This document shows positions 14,628-28,091 of a stretch of DNA of 64,000 nucleotides, piece by piece (position 1 is the stretch's first letter; each line of letters opens with the position of its first letter). The translations under genes and the position numbers were made by a program. The notes beneath the pieces were generated by a model that saw only the letters and a list, made by a program, of their open reading frames with translations, did not search any database and was not told where the DNA came from. The DNA comes from Octopus sinensis (Eukaryota): NCBI RefSeq assembly GCF_006345805.1, contig NC_043003.1, positions 19,902,001 to 19,966,000 of the forward strand, read 5' to 3'.

Positions 14628-14739
14628 TTTGTGTATATCGATCTAAAAGACGGAAAAGTGGACATCGCCCCGCGTCCAATATGTAGATTAATCAAGCTCC
14701 GCAGAGGGAACTCTCTTTAAGTGACATTAAATAATAGAA

Positions 14740-15545
14740 TATGGAAGAAGTCAAAAGGAAAATAGTTTTAACCCAATCAGCTGATCTAACAACATTAGAA
14801 ATAAAGGAAATTGGAAGTTACTCAATTCAGTATTGTTACATTCTGTCTATGCATTTCTGAATCATTACTCACCAGCGCACAAAACATTGTGAAGGTATAT
14901 GGCAGTATTAATAATGACAACAGAGAAATCATTGTGCATATTAGACACACTCAACCTGATTGGAAAAACACAACAGAATTTCTCGATTTAGCTTGATGCC
15001 TGGAGGGAATGATGTCCCAGTAGACAGGTTTCGCCTATCACAGCTTACCATCAATCACACAGTAGACAAATTAAGAAAAGTCTATTTTAAGTACCTTAAA
15101 CAATTTCGGCCTTAAAATAACTATACCCACAACTTTTAAATTTTACACTTCACTTGAGCACAGGTATTCATGAGCCCTACAAGAAACCAAATGAAAATTC
15201 CTAATATTTTAATAAGGATTCGAATCACTCACATACACTTTTTAAAAACCTAGTCGAAATTATAAGCGGAAAATTCTTTGACTTATCACCACATAAATCT
15301 ATCTGCAACATAACCTTCCCTCGTTATAATAAAGCTCTAGCGACAACTTACATAAAGATAGGATCTTGTGGCACCCACTTTTCAAATTAAGCATCAAATC
15401 TAAAGTGGCTAAATAGTTCTGAGATACCGTTGTTACGCACATACCGATCAGCAGCCGACACAAAAATAGAATGAATTCATTAAAAACATTTTAAAATTAA
15501 GTTGCGCATCAAATGCAAGCAGTAAAATCTAAAATATAACGCCAG
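14740..15545 (+). pseudogene. Degraded Penelope-like (Neptune-type) reverse transcriptase fragment
   Basis: TQFSIVTFCLCISESLL..EIIVH resembles FDIxxFYPSIxxxLL; FGLKITI; LSTGIHEPYKKPNE..NKDSNH resembles PYRKPN..SNHP; stops and frameshifts present. Confidence 0.7.
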
Positions 15546-16017
15546 ACCTACAGAAAGCGCTGAAAGAAATATTGGCTTCAAATTTTGGCACAAGGGCAGG
15601 AATTTTTCGGGAGAGGGTGCTTGTCTATTACATCTAACCCAGTGTTCAACTGGTGCTTAATTTGTCGAACCTCGAAAGGATGAAAGACAAAGTCGACCTC
15701 GGCGGAATTTGATCCAAGAAATGCTGCTAAGCATATTATCCGGCATGCTAACGATTCTGCCAGCTTGCCGCCTTCACAGGGAAAGAGATATTAATGTCTT
15801 CTCGATCAACCGAGGGAAGAGTTTACGAAGCTAAGGTGACATCAAATGAAATGAATTTAGAAACTGAACAAAAAAGGCGGATGTTAAAACTTAAATACCG
15901 CTACTTCAGTCTTCCTTCAGCAATCTTAAGAAGAACGTCGCCCAATTGTTAATCAACACCGGTTGTTCAGAGGTTGTGACACGCACACACACACACACAC
16001 ACACGCACGCACGCACA

Positions 16018-16069
<52 letters not shown>

Positions 16070-16070
<1 letters not shown>

Positions 16071-16778
16071 TGGGTTGTCCGGAAAGTTCGTGCCGATTTA
16101 TAGCAGCTTACCTTTCGATTTATTTTAGAACATGGTTGAGTCCATAAAATAGGATTTGACTACACCTCCATTTAGAGCACAGTTTAAGCTATCTTTTCCT
16201 GGAAGAAGGTTTATGTTCCTATAACCTGTGTTAATTCTGTAACCCTTTAAAATAGAAGATAAGAAAGTTCATTTTCGGTACTTGATGCTTTGGGAACCAG
16301 ATAAAAATTGCTGCAGCTCGGCTGGGAGGTGTTACCCCACCCTCCATATCCACTAGATATTGCTCCTTCGGATTTTCCACTTATTCAGGCCTCTGCAGAA
16401 TAGTCTTAATGGTAAAAATTTCAATTCCTTGGATGACGTAAAAAGATACCTTGATGAATTTTTTGCCATGAAATCACCTCAATTCTGGGAAGAGGGTATT
16501 TTCAAGTTAAAGGAAAGATGAAGACGCATTGTGCAACAAAATGGTTCATACATGGTTGATTAAAAATGTAATGGTAAGTATTTATTGACCTTTTTCTTTC
16601 CTTGAAAAATCGGCACGAACTTTATTCTGGGAAGAGGGTATTTTCAAGTTAAAGGAAAGATGAAGACGCATTGTGCAACAAAATGGTTCATACATGGTTG
16701 ATTAAAAATGTAATGGTAAGTATTTATTGACCTTTTTCTTTCCTTGAAAAATCGGCACGAACTTTCCGGACAACCCAA
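16070..16778 (+). mobile_element. Internally deleted mariner transposon
   Basis: 30-bp TIRs TTGGGTTGTCCGGAAAGTTCGTGCCGATTT; remnants EDKKVHFR and LGWEVLPHPPYPLDIAPSD..FWEEGIFKL; 142-bp tandem duplication 16482-16623/16624-16765. Confidence 0.9.
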
Positions 16779-17597
16779 TGTATGAATATGTATTTCTGGT
16801 GGTATGTCTTATAATGAATATTTATAAATCCTTCACTTAAAAGGGATAACGTATAAAGGATTCTCAGCTCAATCACTAAGTAAGGAGTAGGAGTACGATA
16901 CGAAATGACGAGTGTTTCGTCAAATTACAGAACTGGAATTAAGGGTTCTCTACCTCATCTCTCATGAGACTGTACGTAGAAAGTCTGTATAACCTCACTG
17001 ATTTTATTCATTCTTTGATGTGTGGAAGTGGACAGGTGCTCTATGAGTGAAGTATCGTTTCAACACGTTTAGTAAAATAAAGCAGTCACGAAGAAAGAAA
17101 AAAAAAGAGAGGGAAGAAGACAAAAATGGAGGAGTGGAGGGGAGGGATCAAGGGAAGGAGAAGAAGAACGAAAAGAAAATTTAAGTGAAAAAGAGTTGAT
17201 GTTAATGAAAAAAGAAGGAAAATAGAATAAGGAAAAGAAGATAAAAGAAGTAGAGGAAGAACACAGAAGGAGAAAATGAAGAAGGAAGAAGAAAAAGTAG
17301 AAAAAAGGAAAAGATTATGAATGAAAAAAAACATGAAAAGGTCAAAAGAAAAACTAGAAGTTGGACGGGTAAAAAAGAGGAAGGAGAAAAAGAAGAGAAG
17401 AAAGAACGAGGGAAAAAAGAAAGGAAATAGAGAGAGGGAGGAAGAAAGTGTACGAGCAAAAGAAGTGATGAATAAAAGTTGCCTTACATCTCTGATTTGT
17501 ACAAATGTTAGCAAAGGTCTCGTTTTCTTTAAAGTTCTCTCACAACTAATTGTAACATTTGTTTTATAAACCGACCGTTAGTAGATATTGGGTTTAG

Positions 17598-17654
<57 letters not shown>

Positions 17655-17892
17655 GATGTGCGTGCGTGTTTGCGTGTGCGCACGCATGTGTTTGTGTGAG
17701 TCTGTGTGTATGGTATATGCGCACCCCTATATATGTGTATATATATGCGTATATATATATATGTATATATGTATATATGTATACATATATATATGTATAT
17801 ATATATATTTATACATATATATGCATATATATATATATATACATACTTACATATATATATATATATATATACATACTTACATATATATATAT

Positions 17893-17939
<47 letters not shown>

Positions 17940-18269
17940 ACATATACACAGAGCTACCGCCTCTCGTAACAGCCGAGAGCAGGCCATCGGATCGAAGAGG
18001 GTAGCAGTGATCCAGTTCACCGGAGAGATCGATCACCTCGGAGGAGATTGAACAACTATTAAAGTAAGTATACATAAAATGTCTATCAATATATTCTGCC
18101 AAATACACACACACACACGCATACACACGCGCGCGCGCACACACACACAAGGAGAGCAAGAACCAAAACAGCAAAATAACAAAACCTCGCAATTATAAAC
18201 ATCTGCGTATATATACATATTCTGACTGGCTATGTGTGAGTGCCTTTACATAAAATGGGAATCATGGGT

Positions 18270-18450
18270 ATTCATTCACTTGTTTCAGTCATTTGACTGC
18301 GGCCATGCTGGAGCACCGTTTTTTTGTTGAGCACATCGACCACCGGACTTACTCTTTGTGAGCCTAATTCTATCGGTCTTTTTTTCCGACCCGCTAACTT
18401 ACAGGAACGTAAACGCACCAACATCGGTTGTAAAGCGATGGTGGGAAACA

Positions 18451-18487
<37 letters not shown>

Positions 18488-18828
18488 GTATATAAATATA
18501 TATATATATATATATTTATACACGACGGGCTTCTTTCAGTTTCTGTCTACCAAATCCACTCAGCAGGGTTTGGTCAGCCTTATCTTTTACCTATTTCAGT
18601 CATTAAACTGCGGCCATGCTGGGGCACCACCTTGAATTTTTAGTTGAATGAATCGATCCCAATATTTATTTTTTTAATCCTGGTACTTATTTTATCGGTT
18701 TCTTTTGTCGAACCGCTAAGTCATGGGGACGTAAGCACACCAACACCGGTTGTCAAGTGATGATGGAGAACAAACACAGACACACACATACAGGCACGCA
18801 CACACACACACACACACCACACAAACAA

Positions 18829-18864
<36 letters not shown>

Positions 18865-19040
18865 CATATATATATATGACGGGCGTCTTTCAATTTCGGT
18901 TTATCAAATCCACACAAAGGCTTTGGTCGGCCCGACGCTATCGTAGAAGACACTTACCCAAGGTGCCATGAAGTGGGACTGAACCCGGAACCGTGTGGTC
19001 GGTAAGCAAGCTACTTACCACACAGCCATTCCTGCGCCTC
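18270..19040 (-). mobile_element. Two adjacent SINE family D copies
   Basis: ~18270-18580 (truncated) and ~18580-19040. Confidence 0.85.
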
Positions 19041-19429
19041 TATATATCTGTTCATAAACCTTCTCTCTCTCTCTTTTCTTTCTTCTAATCTCTCCTTCAC
19101 ATACACGCCTGCACGCGCGCACACAGACACACACACACACACACACACACACAACACACACACACACACACAGAGAAAAAATGGTTACGCATAAGCCTGC
19201 TTGCTTATATGCGTTGCTAATCACGCAAGTGTATGGATGTTATATACCGAGAGCCATACAGAATCTTAGCGGTAAAAGCAGTTACGACCATATTCAGAGA
19301 CAAGTACACACGCACGTACATACCTCATCATGAACACACGTTCACAAACACACACATATGTAGGCATATATATATATGTGTATATATTACACACATACAA
19401 AGCTATACATAAGCACACAGTCACACCTA

Positions 19430-20110
<681 letters not shown>

Positions 20111-20544
20111 TATTTACTGGCCCCAACACAATCATAAGAATAGATGCAGATATACAGAGAAACAGTCTTACGAATGCAAAAACACGAATTCAAAATATAT
20201 ACACACTCCCACAAACACATAATACCCGATGTCACTTGCACACACACACACATAAGGCCCAAGGAAACAAAATACACAAGCAATCGATGAGACCAAACGA
20301 ATCATCAATTTAAATTTGTTTCCTCATCACTCTGGTTGTCATGGTAGCGAGCCACCATTATCAACTTTCTTCGTTCATGACGTCCATTAAGAAATCTGCC
20401 AGTTGTACCTTGTTAGTAATGCAACAGACAATGTTTGACTGGATAAAACATATTGGGATCTGTTTGGTTTTTGTTAATGATTATCAATGATTGTTGTTGT
20501 TGTTGTTGTTGCTGTTGTTGTTCTTAATAGCATTTGTAGTAATA

Positions 20545-20748
20545 AAGCGTCGAGCTGGCAGAATCGTTAGAGCGCCGGGAAAAATGCTTAGTAGCATTTC
20601 GTTCTGAGTTCAAATACCGCCGCGATCGACGTAGCCTTTTATCCTTTCGAGGTCGATGATAAAACAATACCAGTTGAGCACTGGGGTCGATGTAATCGAC
20701 TAACCTCTTCCCCATCAAATTTCAGGTCTTTTGCCTTTAATATAAAGA

Positions 20749-20750
<2 letters not shown>
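20545..20750 (+). mobile_element. SINE family B (tail b) ending in (ATT)n
   Basis: GAGCTGGCAGAATCGTTAG head; tail ...TTTCAGGTCTTTTGCCTTTAATATAAAGAATTATT. Confidence 0.8.
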
Positions 20751-20789
<39 letters not shown>

Positions 20790-20877
20790 TATTATTATTA
20801 TTATTATATTATTATTATTATTATATTATTATTATTATTATTATTATTATTTATTATTATTATTATTATTATTATTC

Positions 20878-22650
20878 TATGTTTGACTTTTGCTTTATAT
20901 TTGTACTAGTTGGCTCCAAGTCTCACCCATGAACTGGAAGTTCATATTGTTGTTATGCCTAGTGTGCCATATATTTGGTTTTGCATTTAGTGTTGTACTA
21001 GCGAATGTCTAAACAAAAAACCATATGAAAATTATGTTTGTTTTAAAAAAAATTATGTTTGTTTTAAAACTTGAGATTACATAGAAAGTATTTTGCGTAG
21101 GATATGAGCACTATCTTTTGAATTTCTGCCATTTTGGGGTTTCCTGGTATCTGAGTTAGGCAGCAATCAGCCCCTTTTGCTATCATTCCCAGGGCACCTA
21201 TGACCATAGGTATTATTTTAGTCTTCAGGTTCCACATTTTGCTGATTTCTATTTCCAGATCTTTATATTTGCTCAGTTTCTGGTAGGTCTTGACAGATAC
21301 GTTTATATCGATTGGGTCAGTCATATCAATGAGGAGGCATGTTCTTTGTCTGAAGTCTTTTACTATGATGTCTGGCCTATTCGCGTCTATCTTTCTGTCA
21401 GTTTGAATGGTGAAGTTCCAGAGGAGTGAGATGTGATCATTTTCAAGCACTAGAGGTGGTTTGTGTTCCCACCAGTTTTTATCACGGGGCAAGTCCAGGC
21501 TTTTGCAAATTACCCAGTGAATATATTGTGCAGCTCTATCATGCCAGTTGAGATACTCTGTAGGCGCAAGAAGACTGCACTTGGAGGCAACATGATCAAT
21601 GGTTTCATTTTGTTGTTGACATACACGACGTGTTGGGCTACTGCCGTTCTTTAATATGTTGGCCTGGTAGTTCCTTGTAGGTAGGCATTGATCTTGAGCT
21701 GCTATGATAAACCCTTCTGTTTCAGATTTTAAGCCACAGGCCATTACCCATTGATGGGTCAGGGCTTTGTCAACATCTGCATTATTCACTCTGTTTGGGT
21801 ATTTGCCATAGAGAGGTTTTTCTTACCATTTATCATTCAGAATATCCAAGGCAACAGTTTTAGCACGGGTTTTCATGCGCTTAGCTTTTTCTGCGCTTGT
21901 TTCTTGTGTGTCTAATTCAGAAATTTGTTGTATTTGGAATTCACTTAGATATTCCTTTACCTGTTTTGTTACTGAGTATGATGCTTTCTTGCTTTCATGT
22001 TTTGAGACAAGTTTTAACATCCAGTCCTCAGAGTTTTTCAGGTAGGTGTCTAGGCCAATTGTAGCAATCTTCATTGTTATTGCCAGTTGTATAAATCCAC
22101 GGCCTCCCTCTTTTCTTGGTAGATAAAGTCGTTCTATATGTGCCTTAGGGTGGTGCATTCTATGCATTGTCAACAATTTTCGTATTTTTCTGTCAAGATT
22201 ACATATTTCAGTAATTGACCAGTTAACGATATTGAAACTGTAAGTCGCGACTGGTATGGCTAAATCATTGATCGCTTCGATCCTGTTTCTCGCATTCAGC
22301 TCTGTCTTGAGTATTGCTCTTACTCTGCGATAACATTCTCTCCTGATCCTTTCCTTCATCACCGAATGCCTTATTCCATCCCCTTCAATTACCCCTAGGT
22401 ACTTGTAGCTCTTCGCTAGGTCTAACTCTTTTATGACATTCTGCTGGTCGAGGTAAACGTTGGATGTTTCTGTCATTTTTCCTTTGATAAAAGTAGCTTT
22501 TGCACATTTATCGAGGCTAAATTGCATTCTGATGTCATCACTGAATTGTTTAACAATCGTTAGTAAGCCCTTGAGTTGTTGGTCATTTTTTGCAAAGAGC
22601 TTTAAATCATCCATGTAAATGAGATGATTTATATTTTTATCCAACATTTT
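20878..22650 (-). mobile_element. 5'-truncated non-LTR retrotransposon with RT and restriction-like endonuclease (R4/Dong-like clade)
   Basis: HLIYMDDLKLFA (RT catalytic), YKYLG, RLYLPRKEGGRG, degenerate CCHC RVC..ETIDHVASKC, RPDIIV..LIDM..KLSKYKDL (PD..D RLE); ORFs 21823-22647 and 21064-21789 are in frame and separated by one TAA; (AAT)n 3' tail. Confidence 0.92.
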
Positions 22651-22653
22651 ATA

Positions 22654-22704
<51 letters not shown>

Positions 22705-23006
22705 TAATAATAATAATAATATATTATTATTATTGCCATGATGCAATGCCAGGCAGTGGTACTCATGGCTTCTGATCTTAACTTATTGGAAGTGTTATCA
22801 TGTACAATGTTTTGTCTTGGTATATAAGATGGGCTGATATGCCCTCCAGCCTTCTTTAGATGTGTTGGGGAAATTTCTTCCTAAGGTATTTTTCTATGTT
22901 ATTATTATTGAAGTTAGCAGGAATTGAACTTCTGAAGAAATGATTAAACTCAATAACGATCTGTTAAGCAACAACTACTCCCAAAAGTATACTATCCAAT
23001 CCAATT

Positions 23007-23486
23007 ATGAGGAAGAGAGAGGATGAGGCCAATAAACTGTCCATAATCTGTCTACCCTATATGAAAGGCCTCTCCGAAAAAATACAAAAGATATGCGGCC
23101 CATATGACATCGGGACAGTATTTAAGAGTAATACAACACTTCGCAAATATGTTCTTCGGTTAAAACCACCAATAGAAGATAATATGACCAAAGACTGCGT
23201 GTACTCCATCCCATGCAGCTGTGGTAGGTTCTACAAAGGCGAAACATGCCGCCCCCTCAAAATAAGAGTAGACGAACATTGCAAAGCCGTGACACGAGGA
23301 GATATTGGTAAATCAGGTATAGCTGATCATGTATGGAAAAATGGAGACCACCTCCCCCTGTGGGATGAAGTTGAAATAATAGACAGAGAACACCACTGGA
23401 AAATACGAAAAATAAAAGAAGCAGCACATATGCTAGGACACAACAACCTCCTAAGCAGGCCAAGTGCAGATATGAGCAGCATATAG
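23007..23486 (+). pseudogene. GIY-YIG endonuclease domain of a Penelope-like element (5' truncated)
   Basis: LPYMKGLSEKI; CVYSIPCSCGRFYKGETCRPLKIRVDEH; KSGIADH; RKIKEA. Confidence 0.9.
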
Positions 23487-23542
23487 AAACTGGTATTAAG
23501 GAAGGATAGAAAAATATTAAATTTATAAGCCCTGAAGTTCAC

Positions 23543-23615
23543 GGGTATATGGCGTAGTGGTTAAGAGCGCGGGCTACTAACCCCAAGATTCCTAGTTTGA
23601 TTCCAAGCAGCGACC
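23543..23615 (+). promoter_or_regulatory. tRNA-like segment with Pol III A and B boxes
   Basis: A box TGGCGTAGTGG 23550-23560; B-like box GTTTGATTCC 23595-23604; imperfect cloverleaf, not a tRNA gene. Confidence 0.7.
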
Positions 23616-23692
23616 TGAATAATAATAATAATAATAATAATAACATCGAAAAATACCTTAGGAATGAGAACCCTGGTTCGAAATTTCCCCAA

Positions 23693-23735
23693 GACACCCG
23701 AAGAAGGCTGGAGGGTATAATAGCCGAAACGTGTT
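23693..23735 (+). ncRNA. Degenerate minimal type I hammerhead ribozyme
   Basis: GACAC-CCGAAGA(=CUGANGA, one change)-A-GGCT..AGCC-GAAAC-GTGTT. Confidence 0.6.
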
Positions 23736-24664
23736 AACAACAAACAAGATGAGGACAAATATTCGTTGAATGTAAATAATGTAAATAATACATAATATAA
23801 TATAATATAATATAATATAATATAATATAATATATTACGCCTTAATATACTATTATATGGTATAATATGCATGTATGTATCTATTGTCTAAAGTTTATGT
23901 ACTTTAGCATTATATTAATTATATCAATCGTTGATATAGCTTACGTGGGCGCGAATTGCATGTGCCTCTGTATATGTGTATGTTGTGTGTACGTGTGCGT
24001 GCGTGCACACGCGTATGTATGTTTCATTAGTAGTTTATGCAGGAGTTTAACGTTCAAGTCTTGTTATCAAAGAGAGAAGATTTTTTAATTACGGTATTCT
24101 GTAGTATATAATTAATGCTAATTTATAAATTTTGTCTAATGCATTATGTATTAACTTTACAGGGCTTTTCATAATGGATTTCTTCAATAAATTAACATTC
24201 GATTCATATGATATCATTTACATGCACTTATATATGTTTATATTGGCGTGGTGACTGATGTACTTGTGGCATATTTTATTTTGTATTGTTCTATATATAT
24301 TGACCTATTTGTGAGAATATCATTTGTTAATTGGTGTTTGTTTTATTGAGTGGATTTGTTTAGCTAGGCATAGTTTTGTAGTTAAATAGCTTGCATTGTA
24401 ACCACCATGTTACAGACTCAGTCACACTGTGCAAGAACCATGGCCAAGTGTCACTCTGGCCGACCATTGACTTGTCAGTGAACTTGATAGACTGAAACTG
24501 AAAGAAGCGCTATGATAGAAGATACTTTTCCAAGATACTATACAGTTTGACTGAGCTTGAAACTACACAATTACGAAGCAAAATTTTTAACCACACGACC
24601 TTGTCTGCGCTAATAAATGGAAACAGATGCGACATATATATATGTGTTTTCTACTGAATGTATA

Positions 24665-25130
24665 TGTCTATATATGCTTGGGAATGGAGTTTTATTGGTA
24701 TTGTTGTACCTGCTGAATTTTAGAACGGAGCTGTTCTCTGTGCCTCGCCCTCATTTCTCGAACATCTTCTGGTGTATCTGTTACGATTAGTATATCATTC
24801 TCACAGCTGATGTATATCATATCTTGGTGTCACTTCGTTCTTCTAATGTGGATTTAAAGAGAACATAGCAAACGTGAGCCCTAAGCGAGAACTCATGGCT
24901 ATCACATGTTTTACCTCTATAATTCGCCTTGTGGGCAGTAAAGGCTACAATTGTATACTGCATTAATTATTTCCTCAGTATGTTTGCTAGAAAGGTGGGT
25001 AGTTTTATATTTGCTTAGTTGTATAGATTATTTAATGCTGGAACGATGGTAAACAGATTCTCTACGTCTAAGATCGAAATGTCGCTTACTTCATTGATTT
25101 CGCTGGAAATTCTTCAAATGCCTGTATATA
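24665..25130 (-). pseudogene. Degraded Penelope-like RT fragment
   Basis: Collinear motifs ILDVENLFTIVP (25039-25077), AMSSRLGLTFA (resembles AMGSPLGP; 24867-24899), YISCENDILIV (resembles RYVDDIL), SVLKFS, NKTPF. Confidence 0.75.
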
Positions 25131-25404
25131 TTCTCTCTCTTTGGTGTATATCATGTGAGAGTGTCTAATTGTTCACTGGTCTTGTATTAGTACGGTTACT
25201 TGCAATATTTATAACTCGAGAAAGGTTGCATTATTTGACGCCAAAAGAAAAGTCGAAGAAAAATATCAAGAATGTAAGGTGCAAAGACAAAAAGAATAAC
25301 TCCTTCTGCCAATTCTTCCTCGCCATCTTTGTTCCAGTCTATTTTATCCGATGATTGGCCTTCTCTACCATCAGCCCCGTCAACTTGGAGCAATCTCTCA
25401 ACCA

Positions 25405-25530
25405 CGAATTAATTATGTATGCTGTTTATATTAGTCGGACTGGTGTTTTCATCTTGATCTTTGCATTCAATACGCTTCGGCTGCTGTAAGCTCCAGCCTT
25501 CTTCTAGCGTCTTGTATTGAACTCGGTTGT
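25405..25530 (-). mobile_element. Diverged PLE pLTR with hammerhead remnant, upstream of the RT fragment
   Basis: CAAGACGCTAGAAGAAGGCTGGAG..CAGCCGAAGCGT..CAAGATGA, homologous to 23690-23755. Confidence 0.65.
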
Positions 25531-26397
25531 TGTATCGAAATTTCAAATTTAACACTTTATTTGACTTCCAAGGATATACTGTTCTCATTCTGCTCTCTGC
25601 GTTTCGTGGTATTATGTGAATTAAACTTAGTGCCTTGCTTTGAATTGAACTCAGAAGTCCGTAGGTGAATACAGTGCAGTCACCTATAGGTTGTGAGTTC
25701 AATCCCAGGTAAGGCACTGAGGCAATTTACATAATTTCAACTGAAGCAAAATATAAATTCCTCATCTCAGCAATATAGTTACATGAAATAATTGAAAAGA
25801 AAGAACCGATGGTGATGAGATATGTGCTGTGATGAAATCTTCAATGGGATGAAATCGTCAAGGAGATTGTATTTGTAAGTTCATCACTGTAATGAATTTA
25901 GTCTGATTAACTTTTTAATTGTGTGATATTAATGTTTCTGAGGTACTTCCCAACTATCGATAGCTATTAAAAAAAAAAATATTTACTAAAGTATAGGTAA
26001 ATAAATTATTACATTCGTGAAACGGGTGTAACAGTTGATCGGCGGACTTTCGGAATAGCCATCGTTACTTCATGGAGAAGATAAAGGACAAGGAATTGGG
26101 AGTTTGTTTCCCTCTGTGAAAGAAGGAAACATTAAATCTCTTAACATTTTATATATTTTGTGAGCGGTGGAGAACATTATCTTCATATTTGAGTTGAGTG
26201 ATTTTCCAATGTAAAGTTTACTTAGTGTAATTGTAATGCTGTGTAATTAGTTGTGAAAGATTATGTATTATTAATAGCTGATTATGGCATTCGCCCAAAC
26301 TATAAATTTACTCACTCACCTACTCCCTCCCTCACTTCTTGCCTTTCTCTTTCTTCATATTTTATACCTACAGGTGTCGGCGATCATGGAGCGCTAT

Positions 26398-26628
26398 AAG
26401 GCAGCGAGCTGGCAGAATCGTTAGCACGCCGGGCGAAATGCTTAGCGGTATTTCATCTGTCGTTACATTCTGAGTTCAAATTCCGCCGAGGTCGACTTTG
26501 TCTGTCATCCTTTCGGGGTCGATAAATAAAGTACCAGTTTCGCACTGGGGTCCTTGTAATTGACTTAATCCATTTGTCTGTCCTTGTTTGTCCCCTCTAT
26601 GTTTAGCCCCTTGTGGGTAGTAAAAAAT
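26398..26628 (+). mobile_element. SINE family B (tail c)
   Basis: Full head and core; tail TTTAGCCCCTTGTGGGTAGTAAA. Confidence 0.88.
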
Positions 26629-27387
26629 ATATGTGAAAGCCTGAAGATTCAGCTTTTGGTGGCGGGTAGATCGGTTGTGCGGAGAATACAGCATTGGTTT
26701 CTTGTTGCCTTCTGTTATTTACATTTTACTATGCTAGCTTTCTGTTTTTACGAGCTGACCTTTGAAGCACTGGGGTTATTTGGTTCTCGGGCACAGTGAC
26801 TGATTCACGTGATATCAGAGGATGTCCGTGTGACGCATGTATAGGACCTGCCCTACGCAGTTTCCTTAGCAACAGGACATATGAACATTAAATATTAATA
26901 TTAATGTTATTACATACAAAGGCGCCTTGTACCTATAGTAGAAAGGTCTATTAAAGACAAAGACGACCAGCTGGTACAGTCGTTAGAACACCAGGCAAAA
27001 ATGCTTAGAGATATTTCATTCGTCTTTATGTTCTGAGTTCAAATTCCGCTAAGGTCGACTTTGTCTTTTATCCTTTCGGGGTCGATAAAATAAGTACTAG
27101 TTGAGCACTGCAGTCGATGTTATTGCTGGCCTTGTGCCAAAATTTGAAACCAATACTGATTTACACACACACACACAAACATTAATGCATCGAGGTGGCA
27201 GATTCGTTGGCACGAAGGACAAAATTCTTAGTAATTTCGTCCATATTATAACGTTCATTGCTCAGATTCCGCCGAGGGCGAAAATAAATACCAGTCAAGT
27301 ACTGGGGTTAATGTAATCAACCTTTCTTACCCCTCAAAAATAGCTGCTCCTGTGCCAAAATTTGAAACCATTAATATTTTAAATATT

Positions 27388-27590
27388 TATCAGATTGTCA
27401 GAAAATTCGTTCGTTTCTTTCTAATCTTGTTTGAACAAACACGAAAAATTTCTAACGTCAAAGCATTGACAAGCTAATGGAACGCTGTCAAGAAGTCGTG
27501 AACAATGAAGGAGAATGTAATATTGACTGATTTGTTTAAAATGCTGGTGAAAAATAAGGATTAAGCTAAAGGAAAAGAAACGAACGATTT
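27388..27590 (+). mobile_element. mariner-derived MITE remnant
   Basis: TCGTTCGTTTCTTT / AAAGAAACGAACGA inverted ends; KLMERCQEVVNNEG C-terminal remnant. Confidence 0.65.
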
Positions 27591-27636
27591 AAGCTTACAT
27601 ACATGCATACATATACTTATAAACGTATAGGAATAT

Positions 27637-27937
27637 CACGTGACCGACTAGGTTATCAGATAATGCTACACATCGCTGGTCACAATGCGCTTCGCATTGT
27701 TTTAGCCTTCGAATGACGCCACCCCGCTGGCTAAGCGAGCAGGCCAACAGAACAAAGAGTGAGAGAAAGTCGTGGCGAAAGAGTACAGCAGGGATCGCTA
27801 CCACCCCCTACTGGAGCCTCGTGGAGCTTTGGGTGTTTTTGCTCAATAAACACTCACAACGCTCGGTCTGGGAATCGAAACCGCGATCCTACGACCGCGA
27901 GTCCGCTGCCCTATCCACTGGGCCATTGCGCTTCCTC
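27637..27937 (-). mobile_element. SINE head A with an alternative tail (tail 2), 14-bp TSD
   Basis: TSD ACGTATAGGAATAT at 27623-27636 and 27938-27951. Confidence 0.9.
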
Positions 27938-27947
27938 ACGTATAGGA

Positions 27948-28034
<87 letters not shown>

Positions 28035-28091
28035 TGTGTGTGTTTGTGTGTATATAGACTGTTTGAAGTGGTGTGCAGATTTCATATATAT

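Larger units (their letters stand above)
22833..23800 (+). mobile_element. Penelope-like element 3' portion: inverted partial pLTR, GIY-YIG ORF, pLTR
   Basis: 22833-22930 is a diverged reverse complement of ~23595-23725; GIY-YIG ORF lies between them; degenerate hammerhead in the pLTR. Confidence 0.8.

Noticed and set aside
13773-14695. YLSI/HPSI-repeat ORFs (also 19498-20313 and 53800-54489)
   Set aside because: Tetranucleotide microsatellite artefacts
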